A stretch of 64,000 nt of DNA, taken from contig CAVPHV010000017.1 of assembly GCA_963704825.1 (NCBI GenBank), positions 359,325 to 423,324 on the forward strand, read 5' to 3'. The translations under genes were made by a program, and so were the position numbers. This document shows, in pieces, positions 36,582-46,557 of the stretch. Under the pieces are notes generated by a model. The model was not told the origin of the DNA. It made no database searches and saw nothing but the letters and a program-made list of their open reading frames with translations. This DNA is from an uncultured Acidimicrobiia bacterium. Lineage in GTDB: Bacteria > Actinomycetota > Acidimicrobiia > Spongiisociales > UBA5794. How positions within the stretch are numbered: the stretch's first letter is position 1; every line of letters begins with the position of its first letter.

Positions 36582-38143
36582 TGGGTTTCCCGATTCTCGC
36601 CACATTGGTTCTGTTGCCCGCCGCCGGGGCGCTGGTCATCGGGCTGATCCCGTCGCACCGCCGCGACCTGCTGTTGCCCGTCGCCGTTGGGATCAGCACG
36701 TTGCCGCTTGCCCTGGTCGGCTACCTGATCTGGGAGTTCGCCACCGCCGACGCCGCGTTCCAGTTCACCCAGCGCCTTATCTGGTTCGAGTCGTGGGATG
36801 CGGGGTGGAATGTCGGCGTCGACGGCATCTCGCTGTTCCTGCTGGCGCTCACCGCGCTCTTGTTCCCGCTGTCGCTGCTCGCTTCGGTGTCGATCACCGA
36901 CCGGGTCAAGACCTACCTGATTGCCATGCTGATTCTCGAGACGGGGTTGCTCGGTGCCTTCGTGGCCCTCGACCTGCTGCTGTTCTTTGCGTTCTTCGAG
37001 ATCACGCTGGTGCCGATGTTCCTGCTGATCGGGATCTGGGGGAGTGGCAACCGGGTCTACGCCGCCATCAAGTTCTTCCTGTACACGGCGCTGGGTTCGG
37101 CCTTCCTGCTCGGCGGCATCATCGCGCTCGCCATCATCGGCAAGGATCAATTGGGAGGGATCACCTTCGACCTCGGCAGACTGCTCACTCTCGACCTCTC
37201 GTCCCAGACCCAGTTCTGGCTGTTCCTGGCCTTCGCCGCAGCCTTTGCCGTCAAGGTGCCGCTGTTCCCGTTCCACACCTGGCTGCCCGACGCCCACACC
37301 GAGGCGCCGACGGCAGGGTCGGTGCTGCTCGCCGGCGTGCTGCTGAAGCTCGGCACCTACGGCTTCATTCGCTTCAACCTGACCCTTTTCCCCGACGCTG
37401 CGGTGCGTCTGGCGCCATGGCTGGCCGGCCTCGCCGTGATCGGCATCATCTACGGCGCCCTGGTCGCCATCGTCCAGCCGGACGTGAAGCGCCTGGTGGC
37501 GTACTCCTCGGTGAGTCACCTCGGCTTCATCGTGCTCGGCATCTTTGCCCTCACCGCCCAGGGTCTCCAAGGTGGCGTGATCCAGATGGTCAACCACGGT
37601 CTCATCACCGGTGCGCTGTTCTTGCTGATCGGCATGATCTACGACCGGCGCCACACCCGGCTCATCTCCGATTACGGCGGGCTGGCCAGAGTCATGCCGC
37701 TCTACGCCGGGGCCTTCCTGTTCGTGGCCTTTGCCTCCATCGGGCTGCCCGGGTTGGCCGGGTTCATCGGTGAGTTCGAGGTGCTGCTGGGCAGTTACCT
37801 GAGCCTGCCGGTGTACGCCATCATCGCCGCCTTCGGAGTGGTGCTCGCCGCCGTCTACCTGCTGTGGGCGTACGAGCGGATGTTTACCGGTCCGCTGACC
37901 AAACCCGAAAACGAGAACCTGGTCGACCTCAGCGGGCGGGAGATACTGATCCTCGTTCCGCTGGTGGCCCTGATCGTCTTCCTCGGTGTCTACCCCAAAC
38001 CGGTGCTCGACCGCATCGAGCCTTCGGTCGACGTCATCCTCGAGCGAATCGAAGCCACCACCGACTACGAGGTGCCCGAGTTCGGCACCTTTGATGAGGT
38101 CGAACAGGTAGCGGAGTCCGGAGGGGAGCTCCACGATGAGTAA
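36581..38143 (+). CDS. nuoM: NADH-quinone oxidoreductase subunit M.
   Basis: 520 aa, about 14 TM, NuoM/antiporter-like motifs (FFEITLVPMFLLIGIWG, HTWLPDAHTEAPTAGSVLLAG). Confidence 0.9.
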   Translation: MGFPILATLVLLPAAGALVIGLIPSHRRDLLLPVAVGISTLPLALVGYLIWEFATADAAFQFTQRLIWFESWDAGWNVGVDGISLFLLALTALLFPLSLLASVSITDRVKTYLIAMLILETGLLGAFVALDLLLFFAFFEITLVPMFLLIGIWGSGNRVYAAIKFFLYTALGSAFLLGGIIALAIIGKDQLGGITFDLGRLLTLDLSSQTQFWLFLAFAAAFAVKVPLFPFHTWLPDAHTEAPTAGSVLLAGVLLKLGTYGFIRFNLTLFPDAAVRLAPWLAGLAVIGIIYGALVAIVQPDVKRLVAYSSVSHLGFIVLGIFALTAQGLQGGVIQMVNHGLITGALFLLIGMIYDRRHTRLISDYGGLARVMPLYAGAFLFVAFASIGLPGLAGFIGEFEVLLGSYLSLPVYAIIAAFGVVLAAVYLLWAYERMFTGPLTKPENENLVDLSGREILILVPLVALIVFLGVYPKPVLDRIEPSVDVILERIEATTDYEVPEFGTFDEVEQVAESGGELHDE

Positions 38144-39653
38144 CACGTCGTTCCTTCCGATCGCCCCAGAAGTGATTCTCCTGCTCGGCGCGGTCTTGGT
38201 GCTGATGGCCGAGGTGACGCTCACGGCGGGTCGCAAGGCGTGGGCCGGACTGGCCGCCGTCTCGCTGATCGGGGCCGCAGCCTTCTCGTGGCTGCAGTGG
38301 CTGAAGGTCGACGACCTGGTCGCCGAAGGGTCTTCGCAGCTCTTCTTCTCCATGGACATACCCGGTGTCACCCGGCTACCGATGGTCGTGATGGACTACT
38401 TCTCGGCCTTCGGCGGCTTGGTCATTTTCGGCGTGGCGGCTCTGGCATTCTTGGCGGCATGGCAACTCATCGCCGGTTTGGGGTCACGTGGTGCCGAGTT
38501 CACCGCGCTTGCGCTGCTGGCGGTCGCCGGGCTGCACATGATGACGATGTCGGCCAACCTCATCCTGCTGTTCATGGGTCTCGAAACCGCTTCGATCGCC
38601 CTCTACGTCATCGCCGGCTTCACCCGAAATTACCTGCGGTCGGATGAGGCAGCGACGAAATACTTCCTGCTCGGGTCGTTTGCCTCGGCGTTGTTCCTGT
38701 ACGGCGTTGCCCTGATCTTCGCCGCCACCGGTTCGACGTCGCTGTACGGCAATGGAGGGATCAACGAGTTCCTTGCCACCAACGTGCTCACCAGCAACGG
38801 CATCCTGCTCGCCGGTATCGGCCTCGTGATCGTCGGTCTCGGCTTCAAGGTGTCGGCGGCTCCCTTCCACCAGTGGGCGCCGGATGTGTACCAGGGTGCT
38901 CCCGGCGGCGCGGTGCCGCTGATGTCGGCCGGGGTCAAGGTCGCCGGGTTCGCCGCCCTGGCGCGGATCCTGGTCGGTGGCCTGCATGGGATGCAGCCGG
39001 ATTGGGCGCCGGCGCTGGCGCTGGTCGCGGCGATCTCGGTTGCGATCGGTATTGGCTTTGCCATCGCCCAGACCGACCTGAAGCGGATGCTGGCGTACTC
39101 CGGGGTGGCCCATGCCGGGTTCATCCTCACCGGCCTGGTGGCCGGGGTCGACGGGGTGCCGGCGATGTGGTTCTACGTGGCGACGTATGCCGTGCAGTTG
39201 GTCGGTGCGTTCACCGTGGCCGCCGTGCTGAGTGGCCCCCAGGGCGGTCCAACACCATTCGAAGACTTGCGCGGTCTGGCGTCACGGGCGCCGTCGCTGG
39301 CCGCGATGCTGGCGCTGTTCATGCTGGCGATGGGGGGTATCCCGCTTACGGCCGGCTTCGTCGCCAAGGTCGGCGTGTTCGGTGCGGCCATCGACGCCGG
39401 CTACGAATGGCTGGCGATCTTCGCACTGGTAGCCGCTGTTGCCGGGCTCTACTTCTATCTGCGGGTGATCGTGCTGATGTACTTCCAGGAGCCGGTCGTC
39501 GCCGAAGCCCCCGGTACCGCTACCGCGCAGCCCGAGCCCAGTACCGCGGCCGCCACGGTGTTGGGCATCGCCGCCGCCATCACCGTCGTTTTTGGGCTCA
39601 TCCCCTGGCCCCTACTCGACGTGGTCAAGAATGCCCTGCCGCTGCCGTTCTAA
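38136..39653 (+). CDS. nuoN: NADH-quinone oxidoreductase subunit N.
   Basis: 505 aa, antiporter-like (LFMGLETASIALYVIAGF, FHQWAPDVYQGAPG). Last gene of the operon. Confidence 0.9.
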   Translation: MSNTSFLPIAPEVILLLGAVLVLMAEVTLTAGRKAWAGLAAVSLIGAAAFSWLQWLKVDDLVAEGSSQLFFSMDIPGVTRLPMVVMDYFSAFGGLVIFGVAALAFLAAWQLIAGLGSRGAEFTALALLAVAGLHMMTMSANLILLFMGLETASIALYVIAGFTRNYLRSDEAATKYFLLGSFASALFLYGVALIFAATGSTSLYGNGGINEFLATNVLTSNGILLAGIGLVIVGLGFKVSAAPFHQWAPDVYQGAPGGAVPLMSAGVKVAGFAALARILVGGLHGMQPDWAPALALVAAISVAIGIGFAIAQTDLKRMLAYSGVAHAGFILTGLVAGVDGVPAMWFYVATYAVQLVGAFTVAAVLSGPQGGPTPFEDLRGLASRAPSLAAMLALFMLAMGGIPLTAGFVAKVGVFGAAIDAGYEWLAIFALVAAVAGLYFYLRVIVLMYFQEPVVAEAPGTATAQPEPSTAAATVLGIAAAITVVFGLIPWPLLDVVKNALPLPF

Positions 39654-39668
39654 CGGTGGGGCGTTGGG

Positions 39669-40166
39669 CTAGACCGGGATGAGTTGCCCGTTGGCGTCGA
39701 AGTAGGCCCAACCATCCATGTCGGGCGGCTCGACCCCGAGTTGGGTCAGGATCGTCGCCACCTGGGAGCGGTGCTCGGTACCGTGATTGATGGCCTGCAC
39801 CAGGAACAGCGATACCGGCATGCTCCAGGTACCCACCGGGTCGTCACCGCTGACGTGGACGTCGCGTTCTTGGAAGGAACCTGTCGCCGCCTCGAGGAGT
39901 TGGGCGTCGCCCTGCGCCATCCGTTCAGCGAGAGCTTCGAACCCCGGAAATGGGTCCTCGGTGAGCGGTTCGGGCCGCTCGGTGTCGAGGAGTCGCGCCG
40001 CATACCCGACCTGGGCGTTGGCGATGTGGACCAGCGTGGCGCCGATGGTCCCGTAGGTACCGACGACCGTGGCGTCGAGGTGCTTCGGCGATAGCTGTTC
40101 GCACACCTCGATGAGTCGCCCATTCATCATGGCGTTGTGGCGGAAGAATTCTGCGAGGAGATCCAC
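39669..40166 (-). CDS. DinB_2/YfiT-like metal-dependent (mycothiol-type) family protein.
   Basis: His triad context ...GTIGATLVHI...NHGTEHRSQ... is typical of DinB_2-superfamily proteins. Convergent with nuoN. Confidence 0.65.
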   Translation of the reverse strand: MDLLAEFFRHNAMMNGRLIEVCEQLSPKHLDATVVGTYGTIGATLVHIANAQVGYAARLLDTERPEPLTEDPFPGFEALAERMAQGDAQLLEAATGSFQERDVHVSGDDPVGTWSMPVSLFLVQAINHGTEHRSQVATILTQLGVEPPDMDGWAYFDANGQLIPV

Positions 40167-40295
40167 GCCAGCAGGCTAGTGATGGACGGGCCCGTGGTGC
40201 CGGTGGATTGTCGCTTGGCAGGGTTCCTTCAAGTAGGCGTGGTTGTGTCCAGTTGGGGCGGGTTTGTGTCACTAGGTGGTGATAGTGTCGAACGT

Positions 40296-41519
40296 ATGTT
40301 CGATATAGATGACACACAGGCGGCTACCGTTTCGGGTGATCCAATGGTGCGCCTCAAAGAGGACCTCAAGGCCCTGGCGGGGGTGGATCGGTCCGGTTGG
40401 ACCGGCGACGCCCTCTCCGAAGAGTTGGTGGGGATGCTCAAAGCGCAGGAACGCCTCGACGCGGAGATCGTCAGGACCATGGCCCAGTGGCGGCGGATGC
40501 GGGCGTGGGAGGCCGACGGGTCCCTGTCTGCGGTGGCGTGGCTGACGCATCGGGCCCCGGTTGGGGCGTCGGAGGCGCGGCGGTTGGTCAAGACCGCCAG
40601 GATCGTCGACGACGCCCCGTTGTTGGGCGACGCGTTGGCGGGCGGGGAGACCACGACGGCGCATGTGAGGGCGTTGGCGGGGGTGATGTCGGATCGGCGC
40701 CGCACCGTGCTACCTGATCATGAACAGGTGCTGGCTGAACACGCCGAGTCGCTGTCGGTCAAGGAGTTCACGGTGTTGGCGCGGCGGTGGGCGGCGATCG
40801 CCGATGACTACCTCGCCGGTGACACCCACGACGAGCACCAACCCCGCAACCGGTTGCATGCGTCGGTGACGATGGATGGCCGGGTGGCGGGGAATTTCGA
40901 CCTCGAACCCGTCGCCGGCGCTGAACTGTTGAACGTGTTGGACCATCTGGCACCCCCCGACCCGAAGGATGCCCCCGACGGGGTACGTTCCCTCTCGGAG
41001 CGGCGTGGTGACGCCGTTGCGGACCTGGCGCATTGGTATCACCAGGGTGCCGAACCCGGTGGCAACCCACCAAACCTCGACACCATCATCGACATCGCCA
41101 CCTTGAACGGTGACACCCCCGAACTCGCCCGGGCCCGCTGCGACGTCGAAGGGATCGGGCCGGTCACCCAAGCCACGCTGGAACGGATCGGGTGTGGCGC
41201 CACGCTCCGTCGAGTGGTGATGGCCGGAGAGTCGGTCATGTTGGATATGGGCCGCAAGACCCGCCTCGCCACGCCGGCCCAAACCCGGGCGGTGCGGATC
41301 CGCGACGCCGGGTGCATCTTCCCGTCATGTGACCGGCCCGCGCAGTGGTGCGACATCCACCACGTCTACGGATGGACCCACCACGGTGGCGAAACCAACG
41401 TCGAGAACCTCGTCTGCCTCTGCACCCGTCACCACACCCTGGTTCACAACTCGCAATGGACCATTGGGATCAACCCCGACGGCACCTTCACCACCACCCA
41501 CCCCACCCGAGCCCCCTAG
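40296..41519 (+). CDS. DUF222-family HNH endonuclease (REP13E12-type selfish/repeat-element gene of Actinobacteria).
   Basis: C-terminal HNH motif ...DAGCIFPSCDRPAQWCDIHHVYGWTHHGGETNVENLVCLCTRHHTLVHN. The N-terminal DUF222-like region is rich in Arg/Ala. Start taken at internal ATG 40296 inside a locally lower-GC segment (gtatgttcgatatagatgacacac). Confidence 0.8.
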   Translation: MFDIDDTQAATVSGDPMVRLKEDLKALAGVDRSGWTGDALSEELVGMLKAQERLDAEIVRTMAQWRRMRAWEADGSLSAVAWLTHRAPVGASEARRLVKTARIVDDAPLLGDALAGGETTTAHVRALAGVMSDRRRTVLPDHEQVLAEHAESLSVKEFTVLARRWAAIADDYLAGDTHDEHQPRNRLHASVTMDGRVAGNFDLEPVAGAELLNVLDHLAPPDPKDAPDGVRSLSERRGDAVADLAHWYHQGAEPGGNPPNLDTIIDIATLNGDTPELARARCDVEGIGPVTQATLERIGCGATLRRVVMAGESVMLDMGRKTRLATPAQTRAVRIRDAGCIFPSCDRPAQWCDIHHVYGWTHHGGETNVENLVCLCTRHHTLVHNSQWTIGINPDGTFTTTHPTRAP

Positions 41520-41560
41520 CCGAACCACGCCTACTCGCCGGCGGCATCTAGCCTGCCGAC

Positions 41561-42814
41561 ATGAGTCGGCTCCGTACCCGCGTCGTGTTCTTCTCGGTCG
41601 GCGTCCTTGCCGTGCTCGGGGTGATGGTGCCGCGGGTGGTCGCCGCCGTCATCGACACCTCGATCTTCATCGTCCAGGAAGACGACGTCATCGACGAGGA
41701 CGTTTATGTCGGCGCCGATCGGGGCCGGATCGACGGCGTCATCGCCGGGGACCTCATCATCGGTCTTGCCGGCGACCTGATGATCTCGGGCCGAGTCGAG
41801 GGCGATGTCCTTGTCGCCGCCGGCGGCCGGGTGACCGTTGCCGACACCGGCGCCGTTGGAGGCTCGGTGCGGGGTGCGGTGCGTGAGGTCGTCGTCGACG
41901 GCTCGGTTGGAGTCGACGTCGCCGTCGGAGCTTTGTCGACCACCGTCAACGGGTCCATCGGTCGGGATGTCATCATGGCGGGGGGCACATTGCTCCACGA
42001 CGGCCCGGTCGGCCGAGACATCCAGGGTTGGATGTTCACCGCCGTCATCGACGGTGCGGTCGGCAACGATGTCGACATCCGGGTGCAGTCACTCGAGATC
42101 GGCCCCAGCGCGGACGTCACCGGCGACTTGGTCTACCGCTCGACTCAAGAGGCCACTACCTCGGTGAGTGCCGAGGTCGGCGGCCAATTCGCCCGACTCG
42201 AACCCCGCTCACCGTTTGTCGTCGACCTCTACCTGACCTTGGCAACGGTGCTGAGCTTCCTCGCCTTCCTCCTCATCGGGATCCTGACGATCTGGCTCTT
42301 CCGTTCGACGACGCCTCGCGCCGCCGCCGTCATCCAGAAGAAGCCCTGGAAGACTCTTGGCATCGGCTTTGTCGCCGCCGTGGCCCTCCCGGTGCTCGGG
42401 ACCCTGCTCGTGGTGCTGGCGGCGCCGTTCCTGGCCAAGGCCGCCGTCATGACGCTGCTCGTCCTGCTGTCGTTGCTGGTGTTCATCTTTGGTCCGATCC
42501 CAGCCCTCATCGCCTTCGGAAACTGGGCGCTGCGGCGCCGCGGCGGGCTCTTCGGGGCCTTTGTGTTCGGCGCCGCGGTCTGGCGCTTCGGGGTCACCTT
42601 CATCCCACTGGTCGGCCTGGCGCTGACTCTGGCCGCCATGACGTGGGGTGTCGGCGGCTGGCTTCTCGCCGCCTGGGAGTCACGCCGCCGACATGTCCCT
42701 CCGGACCCGTTGCTTCCCCCGGCCATCGTGCCGGAAGCAGAGGACACCGTCGACGCCGACTGGGAACCGCCCCTGCCGCCCGCCCCGGTAGGCAGGCCCC
42801 GCGAGCCGGGTTGA
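41561..42814 (+). CDS. Secreted/membrane protein with bactofilin-like (polymer-forming, DUF583-like) beta-helical repeats followed by a 5-6-TM C-terminal domain.
   Basis: Signal-anchor MSRLRTRVVFFSVGVLAVLGVMV. Repeats of G-x-V-x-G-x-V of the type GDLIIGLAGDLMISGRVEGDVLVAAGGRVTV and GAVGGSVRGAV. C-terminal hydrophobic helices. Confidence 0.5.
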   Translation: MSRLRTRVVFFSVGVLAVLGVMVPRVVAAVIDTSIFIVQEDDVIDEDVYVGADRGRIDGVIAGDLIIGLAGDLMISGRVEGDVLVAAGGRVTVADTGAVGGSVRGAVREVVVDGSVGVDVAVGALSTTVNGSIGRDVIMAGGTLLHDGPVGRDIQGWMFTAVIDGAVGNDVDIRVQSLEIGPSADVTGDLVYRSTQEATTSVSAEVGGQFARLEPRSPFVVDLYLTLATVLSFLAFLLIGILTIWLFRSTTPRAAAVIQKKPWKTLGIGFVAAVALPVLGTLLVVLAAPFLAKAAVMTLLVLLSLLVFIFGPIPALIAFGNWALRRRGGLFGAFVFGAAVWRFGVTFIPLVGLALTLAAMTWGVGGWLLAAWESRRRHVPPDPLLPPAIVPEAEDTVDADWEPPLPPAPVGRPREPG

Positions 42815-42889
42815 GCCATAGTGCCCTCCCCTGCCGAGCGGGCATTCCCCGTTAGGTCGGACGCCGCTTGCCGAGCGCGCGGCAGAGCG

Positions 42890-44857
42890 CTACTCGGCCT
42901 GGTCCTCGACCACGGCGAGAACTTGGTCGGCGTCCACTTGCTGGTCGACCGCAACCGGAATCGAGGTGACGATGCCGTCACTGGGCGAGCGCACGGCATG
43001 CTCCATCTTCATGGCTTCGATGACGACCACGATGTCGCCGGCCGCAACGGTGTCGCCCTCCCTGCGGGTGATCTGGACCACCTTGCCCGGCATCGGTGAC
43101 AGCAGCGACCCGGGGGCATCAACCACTTCCGGTTCGGGGAAGCGGCTTATCTGGGTGAGCTCGGTGTGTCCCAGCGGGCTGCTGACCCACATCTCGCGGG
43201 CGACTCGCGCCACCCGGTAGCGGCGCCGGATGCCGTCCGCCGTCATGTCTATCTCGTCGGGCGTCGCGGCGTGAAGAACGGTCTCGACCGGTAGGCCGTC
43301 GAGGTGGACGATCAGGCCATCACGGCTGAACAGGTACCCGACGGCGACCGGACCCTGTGGGGTGTCCCATCCCTGGATCTGCAACTGCGACGGGGCGTTG
43401 CGCCATCCCGATGGGATCGTGCCCAGCACCGGGGCGCGTTGACGGCGGGCCTCTTGACCGGCGAGGGTGGCTGCCAGCGCGTGGAGGCGATGATCGGCGG
43501 TGAGCGGCGCGGAAAGGGCCACCACATCGATGCGGTCGATGAACTGCGTGTCGGTCTCACCGGCAAGGAACTCGGGCGACTGGAGGATGCGCACCAGCAG
43601 TCGGCGGTTTGTGGTCGGCCCGTAGATCTCGGCCTCGGCGAGTGCCTTGGCAAGGGTCAGCGCCGCTTCCTCCCTGGTCTGGGCGTGGGCGACGACCTTG
43701 GCGAGCATCGGGTCGTAGTGAACCGAGATCTCGGTTCCGTCGCCGACCCCACTGTCGACCCTGACGTGATCGGGAACCCGGAAGCGATGGAGCGTACCGG
43801 TGACGGGCAGGAAGTCGTTCGCCGGATCCTCGGCGTAGAGGCGTGCCTCAATGGCGTGCCCATTGATCTCGGGATCGGTGACGTCGCGCGGCAGCGGCCT
43901 GCCCTCGGCCACCAGGATCTGAATCCGCACCAGGTCGAGGCCGGTGATCATCTCGGTGACGGGGTGCTCCACCTGGAGGCGTGTGTTCATCTCGAGGAAG
44001 AAGAACTCATCGCCGATCAGCATGAACTCCACGGTGCCGGCGCCGACATACCCCACGGCCCGGCCCGCCTCGACCGCGGCGCGGCCCATCGCTTCGCGCA
44101 GGTCGGTCGTCATCACCGGCGACGGGGCCTCTTCGATGATCTTCTGGTGGCGGCGCTGGATCGAGCACTCCCGCTCGAACAGGTCGACGATGGTGCCGTG
44201 GGTGTCGCCGACCACCTGGATCTCGACATGGCGGGCACCAACCAAGTAGCGCTCCAGGAACACCGTCTCATCCCCGAACGCCCCGGCAGCTTCCCGCTTG
44301 GCGCCGGCAACGGCGTCCGCCAAATCGGCGGGATCGGCAACGATCCGCATACCCTTGCCGCCGCCACCGGCCGACGCCTTCACCAGGACCGGGTACCCGA
44401 TGGCCTCGGCGGTGGCCGCCAGGGTCGCTCCATCCATGGTGGTGACATCGACCCCCTCGAGGATCGGGACCCCGGCTTCCTTCATGATCCGCTTCGACTC
44501 GATCTTGGAACCCATCGCCGCAATCGCTTCGGGGGTGGGGCCGATGAACGTGACCCCGGCCGCGGCGCACGCCGCGGCGAACTCGGCGTTCTCGGCAAGG
44601 AAGCCGTAGCCGGGGTGAATCGCATCGGCGCCGGTCAATGCCGCGGCATCGAGGATCAGATCCTGACGGAGATAGGTGTCAGTTGGCGAGAACCCAGGGA
44701 GGCGCACCGCCTCGTCGGCGGCATGGACAAACGGGGCGTCCGCATCGGCATCCGAATACACCGCCACCGTCGCGATGCCCAACTCCCGGCAGGTGCGGGC
44801 GATGCGGCACGCGATCTCACCCCGGTTGGAGATCAGGATCTTGGCGATGCGTTCCAT
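42890..44857 (-). CDS. Biotin-dependent acyl-CoA carboxylase alpha subunit (biotin carboxylase + BCCP); likely methylcrotonoyl-CoA carboxylase alpha (MccA/LiuD-like).
   Basis: Start at internal ATG (MERIAKILISNRGEIACRIARTCRELGI). ATP-grasp motifs. C-terminal biotinyl-Lys EAMKMEH. Confidence 0.85.
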   Translation of the reverse strand: MERIAKILISNRGEIACRIARTCRELGIATVAVYSDADADAPFVHAADEAVRLPGFSPTDTYLRQDLILDAAALTGADAIHPGYGFLAENAEFAAACAAAGVTFIGPTPEAIAAMGSKIESKRIMKEAGVPILEGVDVTTMDGATLAATAEAIGYPVLVKASAGGGGKGMRIVADPADLADAVAGAKREAAGAFGDETVFLERYLVGARHVEIQVVGDTHGTIVDLFERECSIQRRHQKIIEEAPSPVMTTDLREAMGRAAVEAGRAVGYVGAGTVEFMLIGDEFFFLEMNTRLQVEHPVTEMITGLDLVRIQILVAEGRPLPRDVTDPEINGHAIEARLYAEDPANDFLPVTGTLHRFRVPDHVRVDSGVGDGTEISVHYDPMLAKVVAHAQTREEAALTLAKALAEAEIYGPTTNRRLLVRILQSPEFLAGETDTQFIDRIDVVALSAPLTADHRLHALAATLAGQEARRQRAPVLGTIPSGWRNAPSQLQIQGWDTPQGPVAVGYLFSRDGLIVHLDGLPVETVLHAATPDEIDMTADGIRRRYRVARVAREMWVSSPLGHTELTQISRFPEPEVVDAPGSLLSPMPGKVVQITRREGDTVAAGDIVVVIEAMKMEHAVRSPSDGIVTSIPVAVDQQVDADQVLAVVEDQAE

Positions 44858-44883
44858 GGGTCTTGTGGTTCCTTGGGTCTGGG

Positions 44884-46482
44884 TCACATCCGGAAAATGC
44901 CCCACTCGTTGGTGCCGGCGACGACGTTGGAGTGGACCGCCGACAGGGTCATTCCGAGCACGGTGCGAGTGTCGCGGGGGTCGATGATCCCGTCGTCACG
45001 GTTATTGGCGGTCATGAACACCGCCTCCTCCTCACGATGGATCTGGGTCTCGATCATCTGGCGCACCACGGCGTCGTGGTCCTCATCAAAGACCTCGCCC
45101 CGAGCCTCGGCGGCAGCGCGGTTGACGATCGACATCACCCCGGCCAACTGCTCGCCACCCATGACCGACACCTTGGCCGACGGCCACATGAACAGGAAAC
45201 GCGGGTTGTAGGCCTGGCCGGACATGCCGTAGTTGCCTGCGCCATACGAGGCTCCGGCGATGATCGAGATGTGGGGCACGGTGGAGTTGGCGACCACGTT
45301 GATCATCTTGGCCCCATCCTTGATGATGCCGCCCTGCTCGTATTTGGCCCCCACCATGTAACCGGTCACGTTGTGGAGGAAGATGATCGGCAGGTCGTAA
45401 ACGTTGCACAGTTGGATGAACTCGGTTGCCTTGTTGGCCTCGTCCGAGAACAGCACCCCCTGCTGGTTGGCGATGATGCCGCAGGCGTAACCGTGGACCG
45501 AGCCCCAGCCGGTGATCAGCGACGTGCCGTACTCCCGCTTGTACTCGTCGAAGCGGGACCCGTCGAGCACCCTGGCCAAGACCTCTCGCATGTCCATCGG
45601 CTTCTTCAGGTCGGGTGGGACCAGGCCCAGGATCTCATCGGAGTCGTAGAGGGGATCATCGGCAGGTTCGGTCGGCCCGTAGCCGAGCTTGCGCCAATTG
45701 AGGTGGCGTACGATCTGGCGGCCGATGCGGATTGCGTCGTGTTCGTCGAGCGCCAGGTAGTCGGAGAGCCCCGACGTTCGGCTGTGCATCTCAGCGCCGC
45801 CGAGTTCCTCGTCGGTCGACTCTTCTCCCGTCGCCATCTTGACCAGCGGCGGTCCGCCGAGAAAGACTTTGGCCCGATCCTTCACCATGACGGCGTAGTC
45901 GGCCATTCCCGGCACGTAGGCGCCGCCGGCGGTTGAATTGCCGAATACAAGGGCAATCGTCGGGATCCGGGCCTTCGAGAGCTGAGTCATGTTGCGGAAC
46001 CACTTGCCGCCCGGCACGAACACCTTGTGTTGGTTGGGGAGGTCGGCGCCACCGGATTCGACGAGGTTGATCAGCGGCAGCCGGTTCTCCATCGCCAGGT
46101 CTTGGGACCGCAGCGACTTCCCCAGCGTGTAAGGGTTCGATGATCCGCCGCGTACCGTCGGGTCGTGACCCGAGATGACACACTCGACCCCCGAAACCAC
46201 TCCGATACCGTGGACGCTCGAAGCACCGGTGTGGAACTCGGTTTCGGCGGCCGACAGCATCGACAATTCGAGGAAAGGCGAATCACGGTCGAGCAACAAC
46301 TCCAGCCGTTCCCGAACGAGCAGCTTGCCCCGCTTGCGGTGCCGGTCGACGTATTTGTCGCCGCCGCCGTCGAGCGCCTGCTGCTGGAGGGCATCGATGG
46401 CGGCGATCTTGGCGCGCAGCGCATCCCGGTTGGCGCGGAACTCCTCCGAGTTGGGATCAACCTTGGAGTGAAGCGGCGGCAT
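44884..46482 (-). CDS. Carboxyltransferase (beta) subunit, methylcrotonoyl-CoA carboxylase beta type (MccB/LiuB-like, 532 aa).
   Basis: Start at internal ATG (MPPLHSKVDPNSEEFRANRDAL...). Overall block similarity to LiuB-type beta subunits (GKLLVRERLELLLDRDSPFLELS, VVSGVECVISGHDPTVRGGS, GNSTAGGAYVPGMAD). Confidence 0.85.
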   Translation of the reverse strand: MPPLHSKVDPNSEEFRANRDALRAKIAAIDALQQQALDGGGDKYVDRHRKRGKLLVRERLELLLDRDSPFLELSMLSAAETEFHTGASSVHGIGVVSGVECVISGHDPTVRGGSSNPYTLGKSLRSQDLAMENRLPLINLVESGGADLPNQHKVFVPGGKWFRNMTQLSKARIPTIALVFGNSTAGGAYVPGMADYAVMVKDRAKVFLGGPPLVKMATGEESTDEELGGAEMHSRTSGLSDYLALDEHDAIRIGRQIVRHLNWRKLGYGPTEPADDPLYDSDEILGLVPPDLKKPMDMREVLARVLDGSRFDEYKREYGTSLITGWGSVHGYACGIIANQQGVLFSDEANKATEFIQLCNVYDLPIIFLHNVTGYMVGAKYEQGGIIKDGAKMINVVANSTVPHISIIAGASYGAGNYGMSGQAYNPRFLFMWPSAKVSVMGGEQLAGVMSIVNRAAAEARGEVFDEDHDAVVRQMIETQIHREEEAVFMTANNRDDGIIDPRDTRTVLGMTLSAVHSNVVAGTNEWGIFRM

Positions 46483-46557
46483 GACCTGGAGGTTAGTGGG
46501 GAGGCAGGCGGGGATCGCGGCCGGCCGGCTGTCAGCCGGCCGCGGCGACCGCGGCAC

